Positions 39,101-52,108 of a DNA stretch of 64,000 nt are shown piece after piece (the stretch's first letter is position 1; each line of letters starts with the position of its first letter). The notes beneath the pieces are model-generated. The model made no database searches, was not told where the DNA came from, and saw only the letters and a list, made by a program, of their open reading frames with translations. The position numbers and the translations under genes are program-made. This DNA is from Nageia nagi. Taxonomy: Eukaryota; Plantae; Pinophyta. The stretch lies in NCBI GenBank assembly GCA_050084985.1, contig JBITNC010000002.1, forward strand, positions 16,802,001 through 16,866,000. Direction: 5' to 3'.

Positions 39101-41157
39101 GGATACGTTCATGATGTTTGCTGTCACATGTAATCTTAAATGTTTCCACAATTTAGCCGACTCTTTCTCCCATTTGTTTGGGATTTGATCTCTTCAACTT
39201 AAATTTGATTTTGTGCTTAAATATACAAAAAATTGTTCCAATATACATATTCCCTTGCAGCTTGGTCAATTTTGATCTTTGTATATAGTCTAAAACTTAA
39301 GAGGACTGCTTTGAAACTATGGTTCTTATATCTAAGGGTTTTGTTGGAATTTCTTATCTTATATTTGCATCTGGGTATGCTTTCATTTTCCTTTATGAGA
39401 TTGATGTTATTTTGGCATTTGTAATTAGTGTTGTTCGACTTAGATTCTTTCCTAAAGTTCTCTGTAACAACCATGATTGCATCTTAGCTGCTACAACAAT
39501 CCCATGCCTGACTAGATCTACTGTTCTTAACTTTTAAATACCTCCTAGCAAAATCAAAATATTGTTTACTTTTTTCTTGTATAAAATCTGTCAAAGTTTA
39601 TGCTTTTGATATTTTTTGATGTGGAAATTGCATTTCTCAATGTAAGTCTATTTCTGTATTCCTTTCTCAGCTATAATCATTTCATCAAGAATGCATGTGA
39701 AAAAGATCCAGAGGAGATATGTGATCTTGCAAGCAGAATGTCATTTGATGATCAGCAAAAGCAAGTGCAAGGACACATACATGCTCAACTTAAGGACATC
39801 TGCAAGGCTATGGATGGCATTTTGGTTTTGGATGAGCAAATTGGAAACGTGAAACTTGCCACAACACCTGTTCAGCAGACCCCTCGTCGCAGTGGCCTCA
39901 GTTTTGCAGTAGGTGCAACCAGAACATATCCAGAGACAGCTGGTAAGAATATAAAACCTATGTTTATGAAATTATTTTGCAATGTTATGTTTTTGTGGAC
40001 AGATTAAATAGATTACATATTCATAGTCCTGTATGTCCTAACTTATCTTTTTTAAGGTACTGTTACGAAAAGATGAAATTTAAGCCTATTTCATCCCACT
40101 GTAATATAAGATATGACGAAGTGGCCCTCATTGTGATTTTGAACTGCAGTAGCTGTCTATCATAGGCAGCCATAGTTGACTGTTGTGGATTGTGAAGAAA
40201 ATTTAGAAATAGCAGTGCCAGGAAAACAAACTTTACTCTGCTATAGTCTTAGCTTGCCACCTAGCAAATGTCATGAATTTTTTCATCTATTATCAGTTTG
40301 GTGTATTTCCTGTAATTTCTACTCTCTTATTTTGCAGAACAGCTGTTGCGGCTACTAGGTCTATGAAAAGCCTGGAATTGTCTAATGCGTTGAAGGAGCT
40401 AATTGGATATACTCTTGAATTGAAACCATCACAAGTATGCCACAAGGAAGCAGGCCGAGGGTTATATTTGTCTGGACAAGCTGGGATTGGGGCTGTTGTC
40501 TCATTTTATCCTGGTGTAATATATTCTCCAGCTAATTACCGCTACATACCAGGATACCCACTAGTCGATGCTGGAAATCCCTATTTGATTTCAAGATATG
40601 ATGGAATAGTCATAGATGCGCAACCTTGGGGAGCTGGTGGTGAAAGTCGTGAACTCTGGAATGGCTTTTTTGATAGGGGATTAGTAGAGATTTCTGGGGG
40701 CAGTCAAAAAACCAAGTCCGATGCTCTGTGGCATGTGCTAAGTAAACCAAAGGAGAACAGGTCTTTAACAAAAGGTGCTGTTGTGGAGAGAAGAAATGCT
40801 CTTGCTCTAGGACATTTTGCAAATCATCCAGCCAAGGGAATGCAACCAAATGTAATGATTTGTCCATATAATTTTCCGTTGTCAGTAACGGAAATGAGAC
40901 CATATATTCCGAATTTACTGTTTGGAAGCGAAGAGGAAGTACTTATGGAAAGGTACGGTTCATTCTGGTTAAGGTCTACGTCTGCCAATGATGGTAATTT
41001 ATCAGCTGCTCCAGTGATACGAACACTCGTCCTTGTGGCAACAAGGCCAATATGTGATGAAGAAATATTTCTAAATTATAGGTTGAGTAACCCAAAAAAG
41101 AGGCCTGATTGGTATCATCCAGTTGATGAGGAAGAAGATCGACGGAGATGGAGCTGA
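30096..41157 (+). CDS. SETD9: SET domain-containing protein, SETD9/C5orf35-like; join(30096..30125,38484..38581,39671..39942,40343..41157), 404 aa
   Basis: Spliced reading [47 protein letters not shown]...[10 protein letters not shown]...ETA-AVAATRS...; SET motifs [56 protein letters not shown]; exon phases are compatible and the 1215-nt frame is open. The symbol denotes homology to the animal gene, recognised from memory. Confidence 0.88.
31628..32400. mobile_element. Non-autonomous hAT element (MITE), 773 bp, in intron 1
   Basis: 12-bp TIRs TAAGGTTCCACA / TGTGGAACCTTG (1 mismatch); 8-bp TSD GATTTTTC (31620-31627) vs GAGTTTTC (32401-32408); subterminal GTTCCC/GGGAAC repeats. Confidence 0.88.
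33270..34540 (-). mobile_element. Decayed hAT transposase (BED finger + DUF659-type core) in intron 1
   Basis: Minus-strand [61 protein letters not shown]; a WMQT...LQCKY BED-like remnant near 34470-34525. Termini not resolved. Confidence 0.8.
38484..38581 (+). CDS. SETD9: SETD9-like exon 2
   Basis: TTGCAG| acceptor and |GTATGT donor; encodes [14 protein letters not shown]. Confidence 0.88.
39671..39942 (+). CDS. SETD9: SETD9-like exon 3
   Basis: TTTCTCAG| acceptor (phase 2) and |GTAAGA donor (phase 1); encodes [12 protein letters not shown] and [10 protein letters not shown]. Confidence 0.9.
40343..41157 (+). CDS. SETD9: SETD9-like exon 4 (SET domain, stop)
   Basis: Lies within ORF 40273-41157; the in-frame acceptor is AACAG| ending at 40342; ends [11 protein letters not shown]. 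Confidence 0.93.
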
Positions 41158-42939
41158 CTGTATTGAAAATAGTCAAATACATCAGGATCAAGTTTTGTCT
41201 GCATTTATTTATAAATTTGAGCATGTCTTCAGGAAAAATGATTTGGTGACTTAGGTTCCAGCAGCAATTTTTCTTAGATCATTTGTTTCCATTCTTGAAA
41301 AACTACATAATTGGAAATGGCAATGTTCTTTTGATCATTAGTCTCCTTCTGATGAGATTATTTTGCGATCAACTTGAATCCTTTGGCACACATTATTGGC
41401 TTTTCATTTATCTTGTTTAGAAAAGAAGGTACTGTATCTAAATTTTTTTGGAGTTTTTTGTTATTTTGAAACTGGGCGCTAAGGATAATTACCAGGTTTG
41501 GGCAAACCTGGTTCAAGTTGGAACTATTCTGGTTTGTTGTGGCATTTTTTATTTATTTAAAATAATCGTAATGTTTATAAAACTTCAGAAATCAAAATTC
41601 AAACTAAAACTACAAGTTGCAGTATACACTTTCTTATAGTTGTTAGATGAAGCTTCCTAGAGGAACAATCTTTGGATGGTAATATCAGTAGTGTAGGCTT
41701 AAATCTTCATACTTTCCTTCATTCTCATTGCCTACTTTCCTCTTTTCTATATGGGATTCACGTATATATCTACAAGAAAGGTATATATATTGGAAGTATA
41801 TATATACACACACAAGTTACATAAGAATTGATTATTGTGTTCTTGGAGTCTGGCATACCCTATGTACAAGTAATAGGATATTCCAGTTCAAATTTAGATA
41901 AATGAATGCCTTGAGCATATATGCTTCATCTTATGGAGAAAGTGGTGGATATGAATACTGAGATGAAAATCGAATTTTATGGATAATAAAATTTAAAAGT
42001 AGAAATGTAAGCTAAAATCCTATATTTCAAATGTTATTAAATTTATAATAAATGATTTATGGTATTACTTTTTTCAAACAAATACCTTGGCTAGTGTCTA
42101 GTAAATGTTGGTGAGAAGAAGTTTCTTTCTTGGTTGTTCCTCCTATTTGTATTTTTTTCGGAGGTAAGAAGCTCCATTCTTTGAAGGCATATAATAACTT
42201 TTTATCTTCCATTATTTTCAGGTTGATTTCAGTCATGCACTCATTCTCACACTCAAGCAATATTTGTTATTGATTTACAACCATTTTCTATATGAGTTAC
42301 ATATCTACAACTATCTTCATGTGACTTGCTCTCTCTGATTTTTGATAGTTATTTGAAGGGTATCCTTTTTTAAGAAAGATATTTTTTATTAAAATAATAG
42401 ATTTGTCACCATTTTTTATGACTCTTGCTTGATTTTGCCTTTATCTGCTTCTTTAGTACATGGATGGCCGACAACATCCATAATTACTTTAACCTTCCTC
42501 CATAATTGTCCTCTTAATTTAACTTTGCTCCAAACTATTTTCAACCCTTCGAAGCTTGTTGGTGAAAATTTTGCACTAATGGGAAGCGAGTGTAGTGGAG
42601 GATGTAGGAGGTGATATGATTGGAGCTTCCAATCTTCAAAAGATACCTAAAAAAATATACACAATCTTACATCTTTGATGATGAATCAATAAGCAATGTA
42701 GAGATGTAAGTATTGCATGTATCCTTATGAATCCTTTCCATTGCTTGGACTTAGAAGAAATAACACTAGAAGTTGTAGAGTGTGGTTATTCCATTGTGTG
42801 CACTTTTTTGGAAGCATGGCAAATGGACATGATGGTTGTGAGGGGGAAGATGGAAAGGAACGAATTTGGGTATGAATATTTGTGGAAAGATGAAGGTATA
42901 TGTAGGCAAATGGGAGTGGTGGATAACAACATTTTCAAC

Positions 42940-43600
42940 AAGTCAAGATAACTTCATCAGATTTGGTTCTAAGCATAATCTTCAAGTCAATCATTTGTTT
43001 CATGGACATCTTGAGCAAAATGTATGGTTGATTAGCCTTTTGAAAATGGTTTGATCTTGATCAAGATGTATCTTTTGCAGAGTATCCCTAGATATCAACA
43101 CCCAATTGTCTTGCTTTAAGTTAATCTAATGTTTACTTCAATAGCTCTTATACCAATTTAGCAAGACAAATGATCCATTTTGAGAATATTGTTTGATATT
43201 GCTTGTCTAATCAAAGGACAAATACTGAACTTTTCCTTTCTATTGCATGTGGTCAGGTTGATGGTACCTTCAGAGGTGACCTTGCCTTTGAATTTACCAT
43301 TTCTTCCTCTACAAGTGAATCTCTCCTTAGATTTCTAAAATGATGGCTCTGTAACTCTAGTACATTAAATGTTCATTTTGCATGCTTTTGACTCATGTAT
43401 TTTTGATGCCTATAAGCTTTGTTGATAATGTTTACAAACCCAACATCTAAATTATCCTTTTTATTATGTTATTCATATTCAACCAATGTAATGATGCCAT
43501 GTGGAAGGTGTAGCATTGATGTTGACACATAAACATGATCTTCAACCTTTTAGGATCAAATATGAGTAGCCCCACATAATAAATGATTCTCGCTCTTTGT
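42940..43600 (-). mobile_element. Possible CACTA transposase C-terminal (DUF4216-like) remnant
   Basis: Minus strand gives NILKMDH/FVLLNWYK and NQPYI/AQDVH..LED..EPN fragments resembling DUF4216; heavily decayed. Confidence 0.35.
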
Positions 43601-44723
43601 ATTTATTTTCAATTTATCTCTACCTAGGCTTTTCAAAGTAGTGTACTAACATCATCTTGAAGAATATCGGGCCTGATATTGAAAATCGAATGCATTTCCA
43701 TATTGAAATTTGTATATACATCAGGATAAGTGAAAATGCCTGATGATTTTATTATGAAATTTATCGAGCCTGGTACAAAGAATTTTATTCTCGTATTTTT
43801 TCTTTATATCATCTTCGAGGGTATTTAAGTTGCTTGTTGATGTCATCATGAAGATTATCGATCCCAATATAGATGCTTATGCCTTGAAAATAGATGAATT
43901 ATAAATAAATCCTTTCTTAGTTGAGTAAATTATATAAGGCCTGGGAATGTCTCCATGTGAAAATTTGAGTCTTCTGAGTAGAACACAAGGAAATGGATTC
44001 AAAAAGTAGGAATAACTAGATAGAAAAGGGATATAGTAGCCAATAAATTTAGAAAAAGGTATATGTGGGAATTTCTAAATGAAATTTAAAATTTTCAATA
44101 GTAAATAAGCAAATTACTATTGAATTGTCACTCATTTTGATAAATAGTCACATTTCAATATATATAAGGACTAAAAAAATATGAAGAAGAGAAGTGTATA
44201 TTAGTATAAGAGTAAATGATAGAGAAAACAAGCAATTATATATATTTATATGAGTAGAGTATTCTATAATAAATTATAATCATTAGAAATATTATAATAT
44301 TGATATAATATAATATATTAAATTATCAATATTTAAAATACCTCTTTTCTAAATATATTATGTTCATTTATCTTTATTTTGGCATTATTTTTTTACTTTC
44401 CTTATGGTGTATAAAAGAACCCAATTGATCGACTCTTCTTGAATCATCAAATTGGTCAATAATGTTTTGGACATACTATGGACCCCTACCAAGTATGGTT
44501 TTCATATGTTGAGGATTAATGAAGTGAAAGTAAAAGAAACATTTGATGAGGTTTTGAAAATATTAATACTGTAAGGATGTTAGTTCATTTGATTTAATTA
44601 CCAATAAGATTAATAACATTTGAGATAAAAGAATTACCTTGAGGTAAACTAGTAGTAACTTTAGCATAATATGATTCTCTTGGGGGAGAAGAAGCTATAA
44701 TAAAAATGAACAAGTTGCACTTC

Positions 44724-45275
44724 TATTGGAGAATTGACCTTTGAAATGACCCCAAACTTTAGTTTTTTACCACTATAGACTGAACCAGCTAATTACAGAT
44801 CTGTTGACTCTAATCGACATCTACCCAAATTATCCTAAATTAGCTAATTGGTCTGCCTCAGATTGGTTAAATGCTAACCAATTGCTATTAGACTAGTCTG
44901 ATTTGGTTAACTAGCTTGTAACCCACCGGTTAGGCCTAAACGAAAATTTGAAGGTATTTTAACTTGTTTTTTGCTTTCTTCTAAGTGTCCTAGATTCCTC
45001 TTTTTGTAGTTGATAATTGTAGAGAGTTGTTTTTTTAGTTTCTTGGGTTTTCAAGCCTTGTAATTGTAGCCAGATTGGCTTCTTCAATTTTGTATGTTGA
45101 TTATTGTTGCTCTTCAATTTTAGTAGTGTATGAAGTTTCAAGATTGAACTTCATTGAAGTAATTTCATTTTTCTCAATAATAGAATATTGCTATTATTCA
45201 GTTCCTTCATTTGTATTGTATTAATGCTCCATTGTTAACAATATTAAGTTTATTTGAATCCTATTGGATTCTTCA
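44724..45275 (+). repeat. copia C 5' LTR
   Basis: Colinear with 56661-57230; TA(TG)...CA; PBS follows after 2 nt. Confidence 0.88.
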
Positions 45276-45383
45276 TTTGGTATTAAAGCTTTGTTGGGTC
45301 TGAGATAGGTGTGATAAAGCCTGTGGCTTCTTGCAATTGCAAAGGTTGCTTGTAGAGTCTTTGGTTTCTTATCTACAAGTGCC

Positions 45384-47065
45384 ATGGCCAACAACATAAA
45401 TTCATCCATTCCCATTCCAAATTTTGATGGAAATGATTATGAATATGAGAGCATTATGATGCAAATTTTGCTCATAGGAAAATATTTGTGGGATGTAGTA
45501 GAATATGGCTATGTAGAACTTGTTGATTGGAGTACACTTTCAATAGATGAGAAGAAGATTAGGAAGGAATGTATAATCAAGAACTCTCTTGCTTTGTATT
45601 ATCTCCAAGAAGCTCTTGATAGGAGCATTTTTTCCAGGATTGTTGGTTGCAAGACAACTCAATATGCTTGGACAGTGTTGAGAGAAGGCTTACAAGGGAG
45701 TGACCAAGTAAAGGTGGTGAAGTTGCAGACTTTAAGAACTGAATTTGAAAATCTCAAGATGAAAAAGATTAAGAAGGCTATTGATTATTGTGTAAGAGTG
45801 AAGGAAATGTTAACAAGATGACAACTCTTGGAGAAGATATGGAAAATCTTATATTGATAAAAAAACATTCTGATATCACTCACTAAGAAGTGGAATCACG
45901 TTGTTGTGATTATAGAGGAGATTAAGGATTTCTCTAAAGTAGATATTGATTCTATCATTGGCTCTCTTATGTCTCATGAAGAGAGACTAAATGATGAACC
46001 AATTAATGTCAGTAATGTAGGAGAGAAAGTTTTTGCTACAAAAGAAGGAGAATCAAGCTCTAGTAGAAAATGAAGGGAAAGAAGCCAACAAAGAGATAGA
46101 GGCCAAGGTAGAGGAAGAGGTAGAGGCAATGTTGATAGATAAATTCTCAATGTTACTACTATAAAAAATATGGGCATTTTGAAAGGGAGTGTAGATCTAA
46201 ACAAGCAACAACTGGTGAGGGAAGAGCAACAAATTATGGAGAGAAGTAATATAGAGAGACTCTCTTTCTCCCCATGGAAGAGACAACCAATGTAGCCGAG
46301 AAAAAGATTCAGGTGGCTGGAAAATGCATTGTTGAAGTGCCCACCAAGCATAGAATGGAAAAGATAAATGATGTTTATCACACTCCAGATATGGTTCATA
46401 GGTTTCTTAGTGTTGGGAAAATTATGGAGAAAAACTACAATCTAGATTTTGAAGACAGAAAATATGAGATTTTCAACAAGAATCATGGAAACAATCATGA
46501 CACTATTGTGCATATGACAACAAATAAATTATTTCCATTGAAGTTTTGAGATAAAGGGGGCAGTATAATTGCAAATTTAGTTGTGAATGACATGTCTTGG
46601 TTGTGGCATCTTAGATTTGGCCACTTGTATTTCAATAGCTTGAAGCTATCACATGATCTTGTACATGGTTTGCATCTAGTTGAAGATCCCAAGACTATTT
46701 GTGAAGCCTATATTTTAGGAAAGCTAACAAGATAAAAATTTGAGCATTGGAAAGCATGGAGGGCCTCATACCCATTACAATTGGTTCATGTATATTTATG
46801 TGGATCAATGCAAACTAAAAGTCTTGGTATGAATTCTTATTTCCTCACCTTTATTGATAATTTAAGTAGAACGTGTTGGGTTTATTTTCTGAAACATAAA
46901 GATGATGCATTTGGGTGTTTCAAATAATTTAAAGAGCTTGTGGAAAATAAAATTGAGTAATCAATCATATGTGTAAGAAGTGATAGTGGAGGAGAGTATG
47001 CTTCTAATGAATTTATTTATTTTTGTAAGGAGAATGGCATTAAAAGGAAATTTACTACAACATAT
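45384..47065 (+). pseudogene. copia C gag / pre-integrase / integrase N-half
   Basis: UBN2-type gag, an RG-rich stretch and a decayed CCHC knuckle; the protease DSG segment is missing at ~46300; LQLVH..LCGSM and RSDSGGEY motifs. Confidence 0.88.
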
Positions 47066-47565
47066 TGTTGAAATGTATAATGCATTATTGTAAAGATTTT
47101 GTAATAATCTTCTATGTAAGTTCACTAATACTTAAGGGTATCATTTGATACCTTAAGTATTTAAGTGAATATGATAATGTAACTTGTCCTACACTCCATT
47201 TCATGAGCATGCCCCTCGGGTAAAAGGATGTGCATATCATGCTTTTGTACATTGGATAAAAGGGTGATCCAAAGAGGAATTTTGGCTTATAAATAGAAGG
47301 CTCCTTCTTTGTGATCACACACCAATTTATGGAGTAAAGTTATGCTATAGGATAGTGTTCAGGAGAAAAGTGTAGAAGGATTGTAAGAGTTCAAATTTGT
47401 TAAGAAGAGAGATCTAGTTAGTGGATGTACTCCTAGTTAGAGGAACCACTTGCATCTTGTGTTATCTTTGTGAGATTGCTTTGTGAGTCTATTAGATGTG
47501 TATTATGAGCTTTCATGTGATCTTGGGAGTTTAGAGTTGTTCATGTTAAGAGTTCAATTCTCTCA
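47066..47565 (+). repeat. copia B 5' LTR
   Basis: TGTTG...CTCTCA; PBS follows. Confidence 0.95.
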
Positions 47566-50440
47566 TTTGGTATCAGAGCTCCTTGGAAGCTCCTCTTCAC
47601 ATCCTTGGTGTGGAAGCTCTTCTTCTTGGTGTGGAAGCTCTTCATATTGGAGGTTTTCATTCCTCATCCTACACTTCTTTGTTGAGGTAGAAGTATTGTG
47701 AAGGTATAAACATCCTTCTTTTATTATGTTGGATTATTGCATTATGCCACTAACATATTATTTTGCTACATGTTAGTTCTTTTGAGCATAATATGGCTAA
47801 CAAAATTGCAATTTATTTTTAATTTTATGCTAACCTCCTATGATTACTTGCAATTTTTTAATTGCTACAATTTTTTTTACAAGATTATTATATAAAATTT
47901 GTGTAATATTACAAAAGTAATACTACTTTGAAATGTTACATAATATGCTAAAAAATTTATTAATTAAGAAATATGATGCAATTTTTGAAGACTTTTTTTT
48001 TAGGATGCATTTTTTAATGTTTCTAGATTTTTTTTTTAAATAGAGCTTAGTGTACAAATTGCAATATTTCATAATTACTTTTCCTTTACAATTATTTAAA
48101 AAAAAGACTTGTAATTTTTTCTTTACAAAATATATATGTATACTTTTATTGCAAGTTCTTTTAAGAAAAGGGTTGATTTTTTCTAATAAAAAATAGGAAA
48201 TTTCAATCTTTGGGGGGGTTGTTTGCCTTAGTAGTCCTCGCAGCTTGGTCATTGCCTTGAATAGACTTTCATAGCCTTTGAAAAGGGCCTTGTGGGTTAG
48301 AAAAAACCTTTCGCTCCATCAGCTCTCCTCATCCAACTTTGCTAGAGAGTAGTCATGGGAACTAAGCTTACTGTAGACATTATGGATGCTGCTAATACTA
48401 ATGTAGAATCTGATTCAAACATAGGACCTCATCATGAAGATCCAAGTGATAGAAATAATAGACCTCGTAAGTTGACAATTATGTGTCTCTTATGCAACTA
48501 TTTTTTAACCTTGCATAGGCCTCTTGACCATCGTTCTGCTATCTCTCCTCTTGCAATCTCTACGTAATCTAAAATGTGGATCTAGCATGGCCCTTGTGTG
48601 GCTATTCTTCTACCCTGCTCCTCAATTGAACTAACATTTGGTGACCTCCTTGCATGGCATTTCTTAAGAACTTTGTGACCTCCTTGGCCATTGTTTCCTT
48701 ACCGACCTCCCTGCCATCTCGCGTCGCCTTGATCACCCCAAACCCTCCTTCCTAGGCATATATTTTTTTAAAAAAGTGGGGAGGTTTTTTTTTAATTTTG
48801 GTTAGTGCATTCAAGTTTTTTTGTTATTGCTTGCAAGTCATTAAATTCACCTAAAAAGTAAATGTATACTTCTTGTGGTAGGCATTTACTTTTCCTTTGC
48901 TTACTTACAAGTCACTTCTTCCTATTTAATGCACTTAGAAGCCTTATACTCCACATTTAAGGTATTATCATGATGAGTTTACTTACCCCTTTAAGGGCAT
49001 TTAATTTATTTTCTTTACTTGCAAGCCACTTTATTAAATTCATTTACACTTCAAATTTAAACCATTATCATTTAGAGTAAGTAGATTCATCATTACTCTT
49101 AAATGTTTTTTTTTTATTTTTAAATGAGACATTTTTTTAGTATGTCCTTAAGTAAAAAGATTTTTTTTTTACAAATTGTTGGCCAGTATGCATTAATTTT
49201 TTTATCACTATTACATTTTCTTTAAGTGATAATCAAATTATTAAGGATCAAATTATTTTAAGGGGGAGATATTTGTGAATTTCTTTACTTAAATTTTTTA
49301 GATCCTTTATGATTAAAATACATTTTTTTTATCACTTAGAAACTTTTATGTTTTGCAAATAATGCATATTTATTACTTAAAATTTTTTAATGCCTCTGTA
49401 AAATTTATTTTGCATGCTAAGAACTTAAATTTTTATAATGCATGCTTATGATTAGGACTTATGTTTAGTACTTAAACTTTTAAGTTAATAATACATGCTT
49501 AGGACTTAATTTAAATGCTTAGGAATTATATTTTTTAAGTCAATGATGCATGCTTATTACTTAAAAATTTTAAGTTATAAATGCAATTTACTTCCTTATG
49601 CAAAATGGACTTACACAAAATTAGGAATGATGTAAATATGTCATTTAGGGGTTGGTAAGCAAAACCCATTGGATATTTAGGTTTCAAATCTTGAATGGAT
49701 GATATTTTTACTTATGCTTTTTTACTTCATGTTTCACATTTTGATTTATTTGCTTATGCAATCAAAAATGCAAATATTGATATAAGTAACCCCCTAAATG
49801 AACAAATTCGCATGTGCATTTCGTAACATGACTTGTTTGAGGAGCTATGAGGTGAGGACAAGTAGATTAAAGCTTTTAAGTTTGATGATCCAAATGGTGA
49901 AAATTTCATACTTCTCAATTGCCCCTAAGTCCTCTATTGGTTTTGATGTAACTCCAATAGGTGGATAGGCATGTGTAGTGATACCACATGTTCGTATGTC
50001 CATTCAGGGATTATCCTGATAATCGAGGAGGGCAATTTGAAACTTAATCAAGATTAATAATTTGGCTGATCCAATATATGTCATAACCTTAAAAAATAGT
50101 AGGTACTTCTCTTTATGAGAGTATAGTACTAACCAAGGCAAACTGATTAAGGATTAGTAGTACTTGGGCTCCTCTTGTGTGGGCATTTAGGTGAAGGCCT
50201 AAATTTTAGACAAGAAAACAAGCCTCAACAATGTCACTCTACATCTATAATTCTTGAGATGAAAAATGTATTTGGATACATGGGTTATTATTTGAGTTGT
50301 AAAACATTTGCACTAGGAAAATAAATCATGCATGTCTTTTGTGTTAAATTTAAAATGTATTATTTACTTGGTTAAAATTTAACATATAATGTTGTTTATT
50401 GAACTACATGCTTATTACTTTTCACATCCTTATGTAGCAA

Positions 50441-52108
50441 ATGGAAGATTCCTTTTTACCCAAACACATTCTTGATGGTTTCAATTTTAGGATTTGGAAA
50501 CCTCAAATGAGAGCTAAATTTTAGGTAAGGAAGCTTTGGCAAATAGTGAATGAGAACCTTGTACCTCCTATAGATGAGAAGGTACTAAAGGCTTACAACA
50601 TGAAGAATGAGTTGGCAACCTCCATGATCTTTCATATAATTTCAGATGATGTGCTCCTAATGATTTCCTCTTCAACCTTGATAAAGGAAGCTTGGGATAA
50701 GCTTAAGCAAATCTACCTTGGTTCAAAGTTTTCAAAAAATTTTACCATTCTTCAAAAGTTGCTTTAATTTTGTCAAGGGGAAGATGAAAATATGGCTATC
50801 TACTTGAACAAAATCATTGACCTAAGGACTCAACTTGTTGTTTGTGGGTGCAATTAGATCAATGATGAGTTCATGGTCTTCATCATTCTCCAAAGCCTTT
50901 CTTCAAAGTTTAGTAACTTTGTGATGGTTATAGAAATAAGGCTTGATGATGAAGAAGAAGTTTTTTCCCTTGAGAACCTTTATAGGCTCTTTTCGAAGCA
51001 TGAAAAAACTCTTAATAAAAACATGTTGATTTCTTCTCCTAAGGATAATAACATTGCTCTTAGAGCAACCAAAACTCCTTTCAAGAAGAAGTTCAACCAT
51101 AAAAAAAATCTTATCCTTCTTCCTCCAAAAGGTTTGAGAAAAGAGGTAATGGTAACAACATCAATAAGAATAACGGAAAAAAATTTGATGGTAATTATAA
51201 CTATTATGGCATCCAAGTTCACAAAGAAGTTGATTGCTATAAAAAGGAATAAGAAGAAAAGAACAAATATAATGGAAATGTAAAGAACTTCAAAAGAAAG
51301 AAGAATATTCAAGTTGGTCTTGCTATGGCATTCTAATCCATGTCTCACTTTTTTTCGTCTGATTAGATTGTTGACTCTGGTTGCACTAACCACCTATGCT
51401 TTGAAAAGGATAAGTTTAAGAACTTTCACAAGTATAAAAAAGATACAGTTATGATAGGTGATAACTCTACCCTTGAATTCCAAGGCATTTGAAGTGTGTT
51501 GATTCATGGGAAGGTTCTTGAAAATGTGCTCTTTGTATTTCACTATATCTAGGTCAAATATTACTTTTGCAGTGAATTCGATGGCATAATTCATGTAAAA
51601 ACCTTATGTTTAGCACCTCAATGCTATTAAGCAAATTTTAAGGTATGTTACAGGGACTAAGGATCTTGCTCTCGTATTCTAAATTACCCTTATTTGTTCT
51701 CTCTAAATTCTTAGATTCTAACTATGGGGGAGATAGAGATAATAGAAAATCAACCTCTGTGTATGTGTTTAGCATTAGTTCAAGTGATATCTCTTGGGCT
51801 TCAAAGAAGCAGCCTACTATTTCTCTTTCCACCATAGAAGCTAAATACTGTGCTATGTTTGTTGCAGCTTAAGAAGCTATTTGGCTAAGGCATCTTCTGA
51901 ATGACATTGGATATGAGCAAGTTGGCTCATCTTTGATTTCTTTAGATAATAAATTGGCTATTTCTTTGGCTAAGAATCCTATGTTCCATCAAAGAATAAA
52001 ACATGTGGAAATCCATGCCCATTTTATCAGGGAGAAGGTTCTTGATGGCACCAAACACTTGTAGTATTATCCATCGAGTTGGTAAAGTTTCTCTCAAGGG
52101 GGAGTGAA
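50441..52108 (+). pseudogene. copia B gag-protease fused by deletion to the RT C-terminus/RNase H
   Basis: KEAWDKLKQIY, ILQSLSSKFSNFV, VDSGCTNH and KVLENVLFV, then directly TISRSNITFAVN...KQILRYVTGT, DRDNRKSTS, ISWASKKQPTISLSTIEAKY. Confidence 0.88.

Noticed and set aside
37507-39537. Assorted 60-100 aa ORFs in introns 1 and 2
   Set aside because: Apart from exon 2, they are low-complexity F/L/I/S-rich translations typical of AT-rich non-coding DNA.
40273-40342. ATG at 40273 as the start of a single-exon 294-aa gene
   Set aside because: The first 23 codons are intron-like pyrimidine tract, and upstream exons with conserved family sequence splice in phase.
47112-47318. Duplicated 68-aa minus-strand ORF (also 52874-53080)
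   Set aside because: The duplication only reflects the paired LTRs; the ORF is not evident in the related LTRs at 2751 and 59071.
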